64,000 nt of DNA from positions 9,544 to 73,543 of the forward strand of contig JAUNGA010000001.1 in NCBI GenBank assembly GCA_030524765.1, given 5' to 3'. Position numbers and translations under genes: made by a program. Shown in pieces: positions 29,280 to 38,795 of this stretch. Position 1 is the first letter of the stretch. The number at the start of each line of letters is the position of its first letter. The stretch comes from Bacteroidales bacterium (lineage in GTDB: Bacteria > Bacteroidota > Bacteroidia > Bacteroidales > Muribaculaceae). The notes below the pieces were generated by a model that was not told the origin of the DNA, searched no databases, and saw nothing but the letters and a program-made list of their open reading frames with translations.

Positions 29280-30335
29280 TTATCGGTATTTTTCGTAGAC
29301 CTGCATCGAGCGGCGGTGCATGTCGACTATTATCGGGCGCAATACGTCAAGATCGAGGTAGCGCGGTCCGCTGCCGCCGGGGTAGGGGATGGCCGAGCGA
29401 TAGAGATCACGGGCGCGGTCGCAGGCCGAACTGCGCCAGCCGGTGAGGTCAGGCCCGAAATCGGCCGGGATATCGGTGAGCGTCACACGCCCGACGGACG
29501 AGCATGGCGGATAGCCCAGTACGGCCCACATGACCGTTTCTGACGGGTCGTACCCGGGATTTACCCCTTCGATCACAATTGATGCCGTCGATATGTCACG
29601 CGGTACAAAGTCCTGATTGGCCACGAATCGCTCGCCTTCGGCCAGATAGTCGTGACCGGTGAGACTATGATAAAACGAGCGCGACACCCCCTCTGTAAAT
29701 GTCGCGGGGCTCACCGTATGCGAGGCCACGGCATCGGCTGTCAGCCGGCATGCCGTGTTGCAGCGTATGTAGCCTGAGCCCTTGCCGTCTGCGCCGCCTA
29801 CCGAGTAGTTGGTGCGCACGAGCACACCGTCGGGGGTGTCGGCGACATCGTATCTGACAGCGCCGTTGTCATCGGTCTCGAAGTATGCCGCCGCACCATA
29901 CGCGTCGATCACGCCGAAATTGGCCTGCACGCCCATGGGACGCGGCAGGGATGCGAGCAGATGCTCGAAATCGTCGACCGAACGGCATTGGCGCAGAGCC
30001 AGGGTCATGACGGCGCCCTCGCGGTCTTTATAAGCCGCCGTGTCGGGTGCGAGATTATATGAGGCGGTGTTCATTATGGCGAGTCCTGCATCGTTCATTC
30101 CCATCCAGGCCTCGGCGAGCAGCGAGTCGCCGGCATTGAAGAGAGCCACGTAGCCCAGGGTCGAGTCGGTAGGCTCGACGCGGGCGAGGAAATTGTTGTC
30201 GGCTCCGGTGTCGCGGTGCTTCCAGAGCAGCGGACGTCCCGAGTCTGATGCTCGGCCGCTGACAATCATAGAGGTACAGCCCAGTACGGTCTGTACGGCC
30301 GCCATCAGTGCAAGTAAGGCCAATAGTCGTTTCAT
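29280..30335 (-). CDS. Secreted Ntn-hydrolase (C45/C69/acyltransferase-like), N-terminal Cys nucleophile
   Basis: Signal peptide ending TVLG, then CTSMIVSG..GRPLLWKHRD; GMNDAGLAIMN; NFGVID; RTNYS. Confidence 0.72.
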   Translation of the reverse strand: MKRLLALLALMAAVQTVLGCTSMIVSGRASDSGRPLLWKHRDTGADNNFLARVEPTDSTLGYVALFNAGDSLLAEAWMGMNDAGLAIMNTASYNLAPDTAAYKDREGAVMTLALRQCRSVDDFEHLLASLPRPMGVQANFGVIDAYGAAAYFETDDNGAVRYDVADTPDGVLVRTNYSVGGADGKGSGYIRCNTACRLTADAVASHTVSPATFTEGVSRSFYHSLTGHDYLAEGERFVANQDFVPRDISTASIVIEGVNPGYDPSETVMWAVLGYPPCSSVGRVTLTDIPADFGPDLTGWRSSACDRARDLYRSAIPYPGGSGPRYLDLDVLRPIIVDMHRRSMQVYEKYR

Positions 30336-30438
30336 ATGACAAACTTACATAAAATTTATGTCAATTGCAAAAATATGGATGCAATGCCGTGCAGCTGTCA
30401 CAAAAAATCCCTATCTTTGCACAGCTAAAACCAGTGCT

Positions 30439-31371
30439 ATGAACGCTAACAGTCTTGTGTCTATCGCCGACATCTCAAAAGACGAGATTCTGAGCCTGCT
30501 CGAGCGTGCCCGCTATTTTGAGGAGCACCCCGACAGCAAGATTCTCGACGGAAAGGTGGTGGCGACTCTTTTTTTTGAGCCGTCGACCCGCACGCGCCTT
30601 AGTTTTGAAACAGCAGTCAACCGCCTCGGCGGACGCATAATCGGGTTTTCAGACCCCGGTACATCGTCGTCAAGCAAAGGTGAGACCCTCAAAGACACCA
30701 TCAAGATGGTGGCCAACTATGTCGATCTCATCATCATGCGCCATTATCTCGAAGGCGCCGCGCGGTATGCGACCGAGGTGACCGAGGTGCCTGTGATCAA
30801 TGCAGGCGACGGCGCCAACCAGCATCCGTCGCAGACGATGCTCGATCTCTATTCGATCTACAAGACCCAAGGCCGGCTCGACAACCTGACCATAACCATG
30901 GTCGGTGACCTTAAATATGGCCGCACGGTGCACTCGCTGCTGATGGCGATGAAATATTTCAGGCCGCGGTTCAATTTCGTGGCCTCGCGCGAGCTGGCCA
31001 TGCCCGAAGAGTACAAGGCCTTTTGCCGTGCCGAGGGCATAGAGTTTACCGAGACTACCGATTTCTCGCCCGAGGTGATCAACAACTCCGACATTATATA
31101 TATGACACGCGTGCAGCGTGAGCGTTTCAGCGACCCGATGGAATACGAGCGTGTAAAAGACCTCTACACACTGCACAACGCCATGCTCGCCGACTCGCGT
31201 CCGAATCTGCGGGTGCTGCATCCGTTGCCCCGCGTCAACGAGATCGACATCGATGTCGACGACAATCCCAAGGCTTATTACTTCGAGCAGGCCCGCAACG
31301 GCCTCTTCGCCCGTCAGGCCATCATCACCCGCGCCCTGGGCATCGACCCGCTTAATCCTGATAAAAAATGA
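30439..31371 (+). CDS. pyrB: Aspartate carbamoyltransferase catalytic subunit
   Basis: [13 protein letters not shown]; [16 protein letters not shown]; [12 protein letters not shown]; HPLPR. Start ATG 30439; TATCTTTG at 30412-30419. Confidence 0.97.
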   Translation: MNANSLVSIADISKDEILSLLERARYFEEHPDSKILDGKVVATLFFEPSTRTRLSFETAVNRLGGRIIGFSDPGTSSSSKGETLKDTIKMVANYVDLIIMRHYLEGAARYATEVTEVPVINAGDGANQHPSQTMLDLYSIYKTQGRLDNLTITMVGDLKYGRTVHSLLMAMKYFRPRFNFVASRELAMPEEYKAFCRAEGIEFTETTDFSPEVINNSDIIYMTRVQRERFSDPMEYERVKDLYTLHNAMLADSRPNLRVLHPLPRVNEIDIDVDDNPKAYYFEQARNGLFARQAIITRALGIDPLNPDKK

Positions 31372-31829
31372 CAGCAGACAAGAAAGAACTGGCAGTCGCC
31401 GCCCTGCGCCACGGCACCGTCATCGACCATATACCCTCTGACGCGCTTTTTGCCGCCGTCAGGATCCTCGGTCTCGAGAATACATCGCACGCCGTCACGA
31501 TAGGCTGTAATCTCACCAGCGCCAAGCTCGGCACGAAAGGTATAATCAAAGTGGCCGACATGGTATTCGACAGCGATACGCTCAACCGCATCGCCCTGAT
31601 AGCACCCACCGCTGTGGTTAATATCATCCGCGACTATGAGGTGGTCGACAAGCATCCTGTCGAGCTCCCCGACACAATATCAGGCATCGTCAAGTGCAAC
31701 AACCCCAAGTGCATTACCAACAACGAGCCGATGACCACACGGTTTGATGTCATCAGCCGCGACCCGGTGACTATCCGCTGCCGCTACTGCAACCACTCGG
31801 TGCCTGGCGCCGAGGCAAAGATGCGCTGA
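31368..31829 (+). CDS. pyrI: Aspartate carbamoyltransferase regulatory subunit
   Basis: GTVIDHI; KGIIKV; CNNPKCITN and CRYC zinc ligands. Confidence 0.96.
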   Translation: MTADKKELAVAALRHGTVIDHIPSDALFAAVRILGLENTSHAVTIGCNLTSAKLGTKGIIKVADMVFDSDTLNRIALIAPTAVVNIIRDYEVVDKHPVELPDTISGIVKCNNPKCITNNEPMTTRFDVISRDPVTIRCRYCNHSVPGAEAKMR

Positions 31830-32389
31830 TGAGACAGCGTTGGAAACCCGGCACGATGCTCAATCCGCTGCCCGCCGTTCTGGTGAGCTGCGCCGCCGGC
31901 GGTCGCTCCAACCTTATCACTGTGGCATGGACGGGTACGATCAACACCAATCCGCCCATGCTGTATATATCGGTGCGTCCCGAGCGCTTCTCATACGGCC
32001 TGATCAAAGATTCGATGGAATTCACGGTCAATCTCACCACCGAGGCCATGGCCCGCGCCACCGACTGGTGCGGTGTGCGGTCGGGCCGGGATTATGACAA
32101 ATGGGCCGAGACAGGCCTGACCCCGGTGCCGGGCGTCGATGTCGGTTGCCCGTCGGTCGGCGAGTCGCCATTGTCTATCGAATGCCGCGTGCGCGAGATA
32201 ATGCCGTTGGGCAGCCATCATATGTTCATAGCCGATGTCGTGGGCGTGCAGGCCGACGAGACTCTCATCGACCCGCAGACAGGTGCATTCGATCTGGGCG
32301 CGGCCCGGCTCATCAGTTACAGTCACGGAGCCTACTATGCCACCGGCCAGAAGCTGGGCCGTTTCGGATTCAGCGTAAAAAAGAAATAA
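31829..32389 (+). CDS. Flavin reductase family protein
   Basis: LNPLPAVLVSC; NLITVAWTG; SVRPERFSY; GSHHMFIADV. Confidence 0.88.
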   Translation: MRQRWKPGTMLNPLPAVLVSCAAGGRSNLITVAWTGTINTNPPMLYISVRPERFSYGLIKDSMEFTVNLTTEAMARATDWCGVRSGRDYDKWAETGLTPVPGVDVGCPSVGESPLSIECRVREIMPLGSHHMFIADVVGVQADETLIDPQTGAFDLGAARLISYSHGAYYATGQKLGRFGFSVKKK

Positions 32390-32412
32390 TAACCCCATAG
32401 CGATACACTCAA

Positions 32413-33693
32413 ATGGAAAAAGACACCCAAATCTTCAAACTCATCGAACTCGAGCATCAGCGCCAGAAAAAAGGCGTCGAGCTGATCGCCTCAGAAAACT
32501 TTGTCAGCGACGAAGTAATGCGTGCCATGGGCTCGTGCCTGACCAACAAATACGCCGAGGGCTATCCCGGTCACCGTTATTATGGCGGCTGTGGAGTGGT
32601 CGATATGGTCGAGGATCTTGCCCGCGACCGCATCAAGCAGCTCTTTGGCGCCGAGTATGCCAACGTGCAGCCACATTCGGGCGCACAGGCCAATATGGCC
32701 GTATTCATGGCGTGCCTGCAGCCCGGCGACAAGTTCATGGGCCTGAATCTCGCCCACGGCGGTCACCTGTCGCACGGCAGCCCCGTCAATTTCTCGGGAT
32801 TGGTGTTCAACGCCATCGAGTATAACGTCGATCCCGAGACCGGTCTTGTCGACTACGACAAAATGGAAGAGACAGCTCTGCGCGAGCGTCCCCGCCTGAT
32901 AATCGGCGGTGCCAGTGCCTATTCACGCGAGTGGGATTATGCGCGCATGCGCGAGATTGCCGACAAGGTCGGTGCGATCTTCATGGTCGACATGGCACAT
33001 CCCGCCGGCCTCATCGCCGCCGGTCTGCTCGACAATCCTCTCAAATACGCCCATATCGTCACATCAACCACCCACAAGACACTACGCGGTCCTCGCGGCG
33101 GCGTTATCCTGATGGGTAAAGACTTTGAAAATCCCTGGGGCAAGACCACACCCAAGGGTCAGATCAAGATGATGTCGCAGCTGCTCGACTCGGCTGTATT
33201 CCCCGGTGTGCAGGGCGGCCCGCTCGAACACGTGATCGCCGCCAAGGCTGTGGCGTTCGGCGAGGCTCTTGCCCCGTCGTTCAAGGTCTACCAGCAGCAG
33301 GTGCTCGACAATGCCCGTGCCATGGCGAATGCCTTGACCGATATGGGCTACAAGGTCGTATCGGGCGGCACCGACAACCATTGCATCCTTGTCGATCTGC
33401 GTGCTAAATTCCCCGATCTGACCGGCAAAGTTGCCGAGAAGGTGCTCGTCGACGCCGACATCACCGCCAACAAGAATATGGTGCCGTTCGACTCGCGTTC
33501 GCCCTTCCAGACCTCAGGTATCCGTCTCGGTACACCCGCCATCACCACCCGTGGTGCCAAAGAACCGCTGATGTGCGAGATTGTCGAGATGATAGACACC
33601 GTACTCTCGCAGCCCGACAATGAAGCCGTGATCGCATCGGTGCGTGAGAAAGTCAACGGCATCATGGCCGACTATCCCATGTTTGCGTGGTAA
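32413..33693 (+). CDS. glyA: Serine hydroxymethyltransferase
   Basis: LIASENF; [15 protein letters not shown]; NVQPHSG; [13 protein letters not shown]; SGGTDNH; [10 protein letters not shown]. Confidence 0.98.
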   Translation: MEKDTQIFKLIELEHQRQKKGVELIASENFVSDEVMRAMGSCLTNKYAEGYPGHRYYGGCGVVDMVEDLARDRIKQLFGAEYANVQPHSGAQANMAVFMACLQPGDKFMGLNLAHGGHLSHGSPVNFSGLVFNAIEYNVDPETGLVDYDKMEETALRERPRLIIGGASAYSREWDYARMREIADKVGAIFMVDMAHPAGLIAAGLLDNPLKYAHIVTSTTHKTLRGPRGGVILMGKDFENPWGKTTPKGQIKMMSQLLDSAVFPGVQGGPLEHVIAAKAVAFGEALAPSFKVYQQQVLDNARAMANALTDMGYKVVSGGTDNHCILVDLRAKFPDLTGKVAEKVLVDADITANKNMVPFDSRSPFQTSGIRLGTPAITTRGAKEPLMCEIVEMIDTVLSQPDNEAVIASVREKVNGIMADYPMFAW

Positions 33694-34382
33694 GCGACAT
33701 TCACATAATAGTAGTAGCTGCCGGCAGCGGCACCCGTTTCGGGTCGCCGCTGCCCAAGCAGTTCTGTCAGCTCGAGGGCAGGCCGGTGGTGATGCGTGCC
33801 ATCGACTCGCTGCGACGCGCCTTGCCCGACGCGGCCATGACCATTGTACTCGCCGAGAGTGATATCGACCGTTTCTCGTATTTGTGCAACCTGCATCAGT
33901 TTGCATCGCCGCAGGTCGTCGCCGGAGGCGCCACACGCTGGGAGTCGGTCAAGCGAGGCCTTGCCACTGTTGCCGACGGCACCCGTCTGGTGATGGTGCA
34001 CGACGGTGCGCGGCCGTTCCCTACCGAGACCATGATTGAGTCGCTCGTGGCGACTATGGCCGATGATGCCGTGCACGGCGCGGTGCCGGTGGTGCCGGTG
34101 ACCGATTCGCTGCGCCTGTTGTCAGACGATCGCCTCGGCTCGGTACCTTTCGACCGCTCGCGGCTGCGAGCTGTACAGACACCTCAGATTTTCCGTGCCG
34201 ACGAGTTGCGGCGTGCCTATGAATTGCCCTATCAGGAAACCTTTACCGACGACGCCTCGGTGATTGAGGCCGCCGGGATGGGCGAGGTGGTACTCACCCA
34301 GGGCGACCCGCTCAATCTCAAGATCACACATCCGCTTGACATTACCATAGCAGAGACGATTCTGAACTCAGCCGTTCTATGA
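33687..34382 (+). CDS. ispD: 2-C-methyl-D-erythritol 4-phosphate cytidylyltransferase
   Basis: [13 protein letters not shown]; GATRWES; VHDGARP; VQTPQIF; TDDASV; NLKIT. GTG start. Confidence 0.93.
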   Translation: MVSDIHIIVVAAGSGTRFGSPLPKQFCQLEGRPVVMRAIDSLRRALPDAAMTIVLAESDIDRFSYLCNLHQFASPQVVAGGATRWESVKRGLATVADGTRLVMVHDGARPFPTETMIESLVATMADDAVHGAVPVVPVTDSLRLLSDDRLGSVPFDRSRLRAVQTPQIFRADELRRAYELPYQETFTDDASVIEAAGMGEVVLTQGDPLNLKITHPLDITIAETILNSAVL

Positions 34383-36469
34383 ATTCGTTGCGCCGCCTCG
34401 ACATAAAGTACGTCAAGGGCATCGGGCCAAGGCGTGCCGAGTTGCTGACCAAGCATCTCGACATTCGCACGGCATACGATCTGGTGCATCATTTCCCGAC
34501 GAGCTATCTCGACCGCTCGACAATCTATACCGTCCGCGAGCTTGAGGGAGACATGCCCTCTGTGCAGCTCAAGGGGCGGTTTGTCAGCTTCAATGTGCTG
34601 GGCGAGGGGGCCCGCACCCGTCTGGTCGCCTTGTTCAGCGACGGCACCGGCACCATCGAGGTTGTGTGGTTTCGCGGCATCAAGCACATGCGCGAGAATC
34701 TGCGCACCGCCACCGACTACATCCTGTTCGGCAAACCCACCACATTCAACGGCCGATGGCAGATGTCGCACCCCGAGATCGACACAGTCGAGCAGGCAGT
34801 CGGCCAACAGGGCATGCGCGGCGTCTATCCGCTCAGCGAGGGGTTGCGCAACCAGAATATCGGCTCGCGCCAATTGCATCAGTGGATCACGGCCTTTCTC
34901 GACAGCCACGGGGCTTTTGCCGAGACTTTGCCTGCGTCTGTCATCGAGTCGTGCCGTCTGATGCCACTCGACCGGGCTATCCGTGAGATCCACCGTCCGT
35001 CGACACCGGCACAGTTGCAGAAGGCTCGCGAACGACTCAAATTCGAGGAACTTTTTTACATTCAGACCGATATGCTCATGCGCTCGCGCCGACGCAAGAG
35101 TCAGAGCGAATCGTTCCGTTTTGCCAGGGTAGGGCAGTGGTTCAACTCCTTCTACGCCACATGTCTGCCCTTTGATCTCACCGGCGCTCAGAAGCGCGTC
35201 ATCAAGGAGATACGGGCCGATGTCAACACTGGCCGCCAGATGAATCGACTCGTGCAGGGCGACGTAGGGTCGGGCAAGACTCTCGTGGCGCTCATGGCCA
35301 TGCTGCTTGCTCTCGACAACGGCTTTCAGGCCTGCATGATGGCACCCACCGAGATTCTTGCCGGCCAGCATTTTGAGACCATACGCGGCCTTGTCGCTCC
35401 GATAGGCATCAACGTACGCCTGCTCACAGGTTCAACGTCGGCCAAACAGCGGCGCATCATCCACGAAGAGCTGCGCGATGGCACACTGCACATCCTCGTA
35501 GGTACCCATGCCGTACTTGAGGACCCCGTGCAGTTTCACAATCTCGGTCTTGCAGTCATCGACGAGCAGCACCGCTTTGGTGTGGCCCAGCGGGCACGTC
35601 TTTGGTCAAAAGGCCAGTTGCCGCCACACATACTCGTCATGACAGCCACGCCCATACCGCGCACGTTGGCCATGACCGTCTACGGCGACCTCGATGTCTC
35701 GGTTATCGACGAGTTGCCTCCGGGGCGCAAGCCGGTCACCACCCTGTTGCGCTACGACGAACAGCGCGAGTCGGTCTACCGCGGCATAGGCAGGCAGTTG
35801 GCAGCCGGCCGACAGGTATATATCGTATATCCACTCATCGACGAGAACGAGAAACTCGACCTGCGCTCGCTCAACGAGGGTTACGACACCATTTGCGACA
35901 TATTCTCAAACTATCGTGTGGCCTTTGTACACGGTAGGCTCAAGCCCGCCGAGAAAGACCATCAGATGCAGCTTTTCGCATCGGGCGAGGCCCGCATACT
36001 TGTTGCCACCACCGTCATCGAGGTCGGTGTCAACGTGCCCAACGCCACAACAATGGTCATCGAGAATGCCGAGCGGTTCGGACTCTCGCAGCTGCACCAG
36101 CTGAGAGGACGCGTAGGACGTGGAGCCGCCCAGAGCTATTGCATACTCATGTCAAAGCGCAAGATTGCCGCCGACACACGCGAACGCCTTACGCTTATGA
36201 CGCAGACCACCGACGGATTCGTGATTGCCGAGGCCGACATGCGTATGCGCGGGCCGGGTGACATCGAGGGCACTATGCAGAGTGGCATCCCGTTTGACTT
36301 GCACATCGCCAATCCCGCTACCGACGGCGACATCATTGCTCTGGCGCGGCAGACTGCCGAAAAATTGCTCGACAACGATCCTGACCTTGCCTTGCCCGTC
36401 AACGCCGCCTTCCGCACGGCCCTCCGCGATGCCTCGGCCCGCACCGCCGACTGGAGCCGTATATCATGA
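34379..36469 (+). CDS. recG: ATP-dependent DNA helicase RecG
   Basis: QGDVGSGKT; MAPTEILA; IDEQHRFG; MTATPIPRT; AERFGLSQLHQLRGRVGRG; RGPGD. Confidence 0.97.
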   Translation: MNSLRRLDIKYVKGIGPRRAELLTKHLDIRTAYDLVHHFPTSYLDRSTIYTVRELEGDMPSVQLKGRFVSFNVLGEGARTRLVALFSDGTGTIEVVWFRGIKHMRENLRTATDYILFGKPTTFNGRWQMSHPEIDTVEQAVGQQGMRGVYPLSEGLRNQNIGSRQLHQWITAFLDSHGAFAETLPASVIESCRLMPLDRAIREIHRPSTPAQLQKARERLKFEELFYIQTDMLMRSRRRKSQSESFRFARVGQWFNSFYATCLPFDLTGAQKRVIKEIRADVNTGRQMNRLVQGDVGSGKTLVALMAMLLALDNGFQACMMAPTEILAGQHFETIRGLVAPIGINVRLLTGSTSAKQRRIIHEELRDGTLHILVGTHAVLEDPVQFHNLGLAVIDEQHRFGVAQRARLWSKGQLPPHILVMTATPIPRTLAMTVYGDLDVSVIDELPPGRKPVTTLLRYDEQRESVYRGIGRQLAAGRQVYIVYPLIDENEKLDLRSLNEGYDTICDIFSNYRVAFVHGRLKPAEKDHQMQLFASGEARILVATTVIEVGVNVPNATTMVIENAERFGLSQLHQLRGRVGRGAAQSYCILMSKRKIAADTRERLTLMTQTTDGFVIAEADMRMRGPGDIEGTMQSGIPFDLHIANPATDGDIIALARQTAEKLLDNDPDLALPVNAAFRTALRDASARTADWSRIS

Positions 36470-36561
36470 GCGTGCGGTCATGTCCGCCTGGCCGTGGCGC
36501 CATGTCATAAATTTTGTCGAGTCAGCTAAAATTCGTATCTTTGAGGGTTAAAAACGACAAT

Positions 36562-37974
36562 ATGCGACGAACTATCATATCATTGCTGGCCGCTGTGGCT
36601 ATGTTGCCCGCATTGGCCGCTCCGATCGATGAGGCACGGGCCCTTTATGACGAGGGACGGTACACCGAGGCCCTCGAGATGCTCGAAACAATGCGGCGCA
36701 AGTCGCCACGCGACGGCAACGTCAACCTGCTGCTCGGCTCCACCCTCATGGCGCTCGGACGCTATGACGAAGCCCGTACGCCGCTGACAACAGCCTCCGA
36801 CCGCGGGCTTGCCGCCGCCACCCTTGCTCTTGCCGGACTCGACATAGACAGCTACAACGTTGATGGCGCCCGTCAGCGCTTTGATGCATATGAGAAGCAG
36901 ATGCGCCGTGCACGCAAATCGATTCCCGATGATGTCGAGGCCGAACGCAGCCGTCTCGTGACAATGGAGAACATGCTCGAGCGTGTCGAGCGTATCGAGG
37001 TCATTGACTCTATCGTGGTTGATGCCGACGGCTTTTTCCGTGCATACAGGCTGTCGCCCGAAGCCGGCAGGCTGGTCGAAGGCGCCACCGTGCGTATGCC
37101 CGGAGCTGAGATGGCATTCGTGCCGCAGAACAACAGCGAGATCATCTATGCCGAGGCCGATTCGGCCGGCGTGCTCACTCTGATGGGCGCCGACATACTT
37201 GATGACGGCACTGTCGATCATCCGCGTGTCCTGCCGGGCGAGGACCTCTCGGGAGGCGGAAATGCCGCATGGCCGTTCCTTATGGCCGACGGTGTGACGC
37301 TCTATTTTGCCAATGACGGTGAGGAATCGCTTGGCGGCTATGACATATTCATGACCCGCCGTAACGATGACGGATACCTGCAGCCACAGAATGTGGGAAT
37401 GCCCTACAACAGCCCCTTTGACGACTATCTGCTTGCCATTGACGAGACTACCGGCGCAGGATGGTGGGCCACCGACCGCAATCGCATCCCCGGCAAAGTG
37501 ACCATCTATGTGTTTGTTCCGTCGGCCACCCGTGTGAACATCGAGCCTGACGACAACAATCTGCTCGCGCTTGCACGCATGACCGATATCTCGCTCACTC
37601 GCCCCGAGGGTGCCGACTATTCGGCCATCCTCGCCGCCATCGACAATGCAGGCCGGCATACAGCCGACGGCACGAATGTTTCGGCCGACAACGGTTCGTT
37701 TGTGCTGCCAATGGGCTCGGCAGGCGTGATTTATCACACCCTTTCTGACTTCAACAATCGCGAGGCACGCTCGGCAATGGCAATGGCTATCAATGCCCGC
37801 GCCGAAATTCTGTCTATCACGGGGCGTCTCGATCAGTTGCGCGAGGCCTATCGCCGTGGCGACCATTCGGGCAGCGTCACCATTCTCAATCTCGAGCAGC
37901 AGCTCGACGATGCCCGCAGCCGCATGTCTGAATGTATCAACCGCGCCATCGCGCTCGAAACCGGATTGGAATGA
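36562..37974 (+). CDS. Secreted TPR plus PD40/WD40-like beta-propeller protein
   Basis: Signal peptide, N-terminal TPRs, PFLMADGVTLYFANDG..SLGGYDIF; NVGMPYNSPFDD. Start ATG 36562; TATCTTTG at 36536-36543. Confidence 0.7.
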   Translation: MRRTIISLLAAVAMLPALAAPIDEARALYDEGRYTEALEMLETMRRKSPRDGNVNLLLGSTLMALGRYDEARTPLTTASDRGLAAATLALAGLDIDSYNVDGARQRFDAYEKQMRRARKSIPDDVEAERSRLVTMENMLERVERIEVIDSIVVDADGFFRAYRLSPEAGRLVEGATVRMPGAEMAFVPQNNSEIIYAEADSAGVLTLMGADILDDGTVDHPRVLPGEDLSGGGNAAWPFLMADGVTLYFANDGEESLGGYDIFMTRRNDDGYLQPQNVGMPYNSPFDDYLLAIDETTGAGWWATDRNRIPGKVTIYVFVPSATRVNIEPDDNNLLALARMTDISLTRPEGADYSAILAAIDNAGRHTADGTNVSADNGSFVLPMGSAGVIYHTLSDFNNREARSAMAMAINARAEILSITGRLDQLREAYRRGDHSGSVTILNLEQQLDDARSRMSECINRAIALETGLE

Positions 37975-38795
37975 AACCCGACTTTGCGGCTATAGTCGCA
38001 TCGATGCGGCTTTACAACTTCCATACCCACACGCAGTTCTGCGACGGACATTCGTCTATTGACGAGATGGCCAGGGCTGCTGTCGAGGGCGGATTCTCTC
38101 ATATCGGATTCACGCCTCACAGTCCGGTGGGTATCCCGTCGCCATGCAACATGTCGGCCGACGATGTTCCCGCCTACCTTGCCGCTGTTGACAGCCTGAA
38201 CGACCGCTACGGCGACCGGTGCCGTTTCTACAAAGGCATGGAGATCGACTACCTTGGCCCGGCATGCAATGCGGCCGACAGCTATTTTTCAGATCTCGGA
38301 CTCGATTTTGCAATCAGTTCGGTACATTTCATCCCGGCTCAGAATGGCGAGCTCATTGACATAGATGGCCGTTACGAGCGTTTCCGTACCAACATGTTGA
38401 CCCATTTCGGCGACGACATCCGTTATGTGGTAGAGACATTCTACTCCCGTTCGATTGATATGCTCCGGCAAGGCGGATTCGATATTCTCGGTCATTTCGA
38501 CAAAATCAGTCAGAACGCATCGTATCATCATCCCGGCATCGAGGACGAAGGCTGGTACCGCTCGCTCATCGACGATTATATCGCCCGTATCATCGACTCG
38601 GGCGTGATAGTCGAGATCAACACCAAGGCCCGTGCCGAGCATGGACGGTTCTTCCCCGGCGTACGGTATTGGCAGCGGCTTATCGACGCCGGTGTGCCTG
38701 TGCTGGTCAACAGCGACGCACACTATGCCGACCGTTTGTCGGCTTCGCGCGACGAGGCATTTGATATATTGGATTCTCTCGGTTATGGCTGCTGA
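37971..38795 (+). CDS. PHP-family histidinol-phosphatase (HisJ-like)
   Basis: FHTHTQFCDG; GFTPHSP; GMEIDY; SVHF; GHFDKI; EINT; NSDAH. Start ATG 37971 (ATGA overlap). Confidence 0.85.
   Translation: MKPDFAAIVASMRLYNFHTHTQFCDGHSSIDEMARAAVEGGFSHIGFTPHSPVGIPSPCNMSADDVPAYLAAVDSLNDRYGDRCRFYKGMEIDYLGPACNAADSYFSDLGLDFAISSVHFIPAQNGELIDIDGRYERFRTNMLTHFGDDIRYVVETFYSRSIDMLRQGGFDILGHFDKISQNASYHHPGIEDEGWYRSLIDDYIARIIDSGVIVEINTKARAEHGRFFPGVRYWQRLIDAGVPVLVNSDAHYADRLSASRDEAFDILDSLGYGC

Noticed and set aside
30393-30426. TGTCACAA and an imperfect inverted repeat (AGCTGT...ACAGCT) around the pyrB promoter
   Set aside because: No CGTC -10 box at ECF spacing. The repeat spans the promoter, so it would not be transcribed, and it is not a PyrR-type attenuator.
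36580-37866. 428-aa antisense ORF, plus similar long shadow ORFs (34232-35371, 50759-51919, 59964-60989, 42316-42906)
   Set aside because: They lie opposite well-supported genes, have no family motifs, and are expected from GC-rich codon bias.
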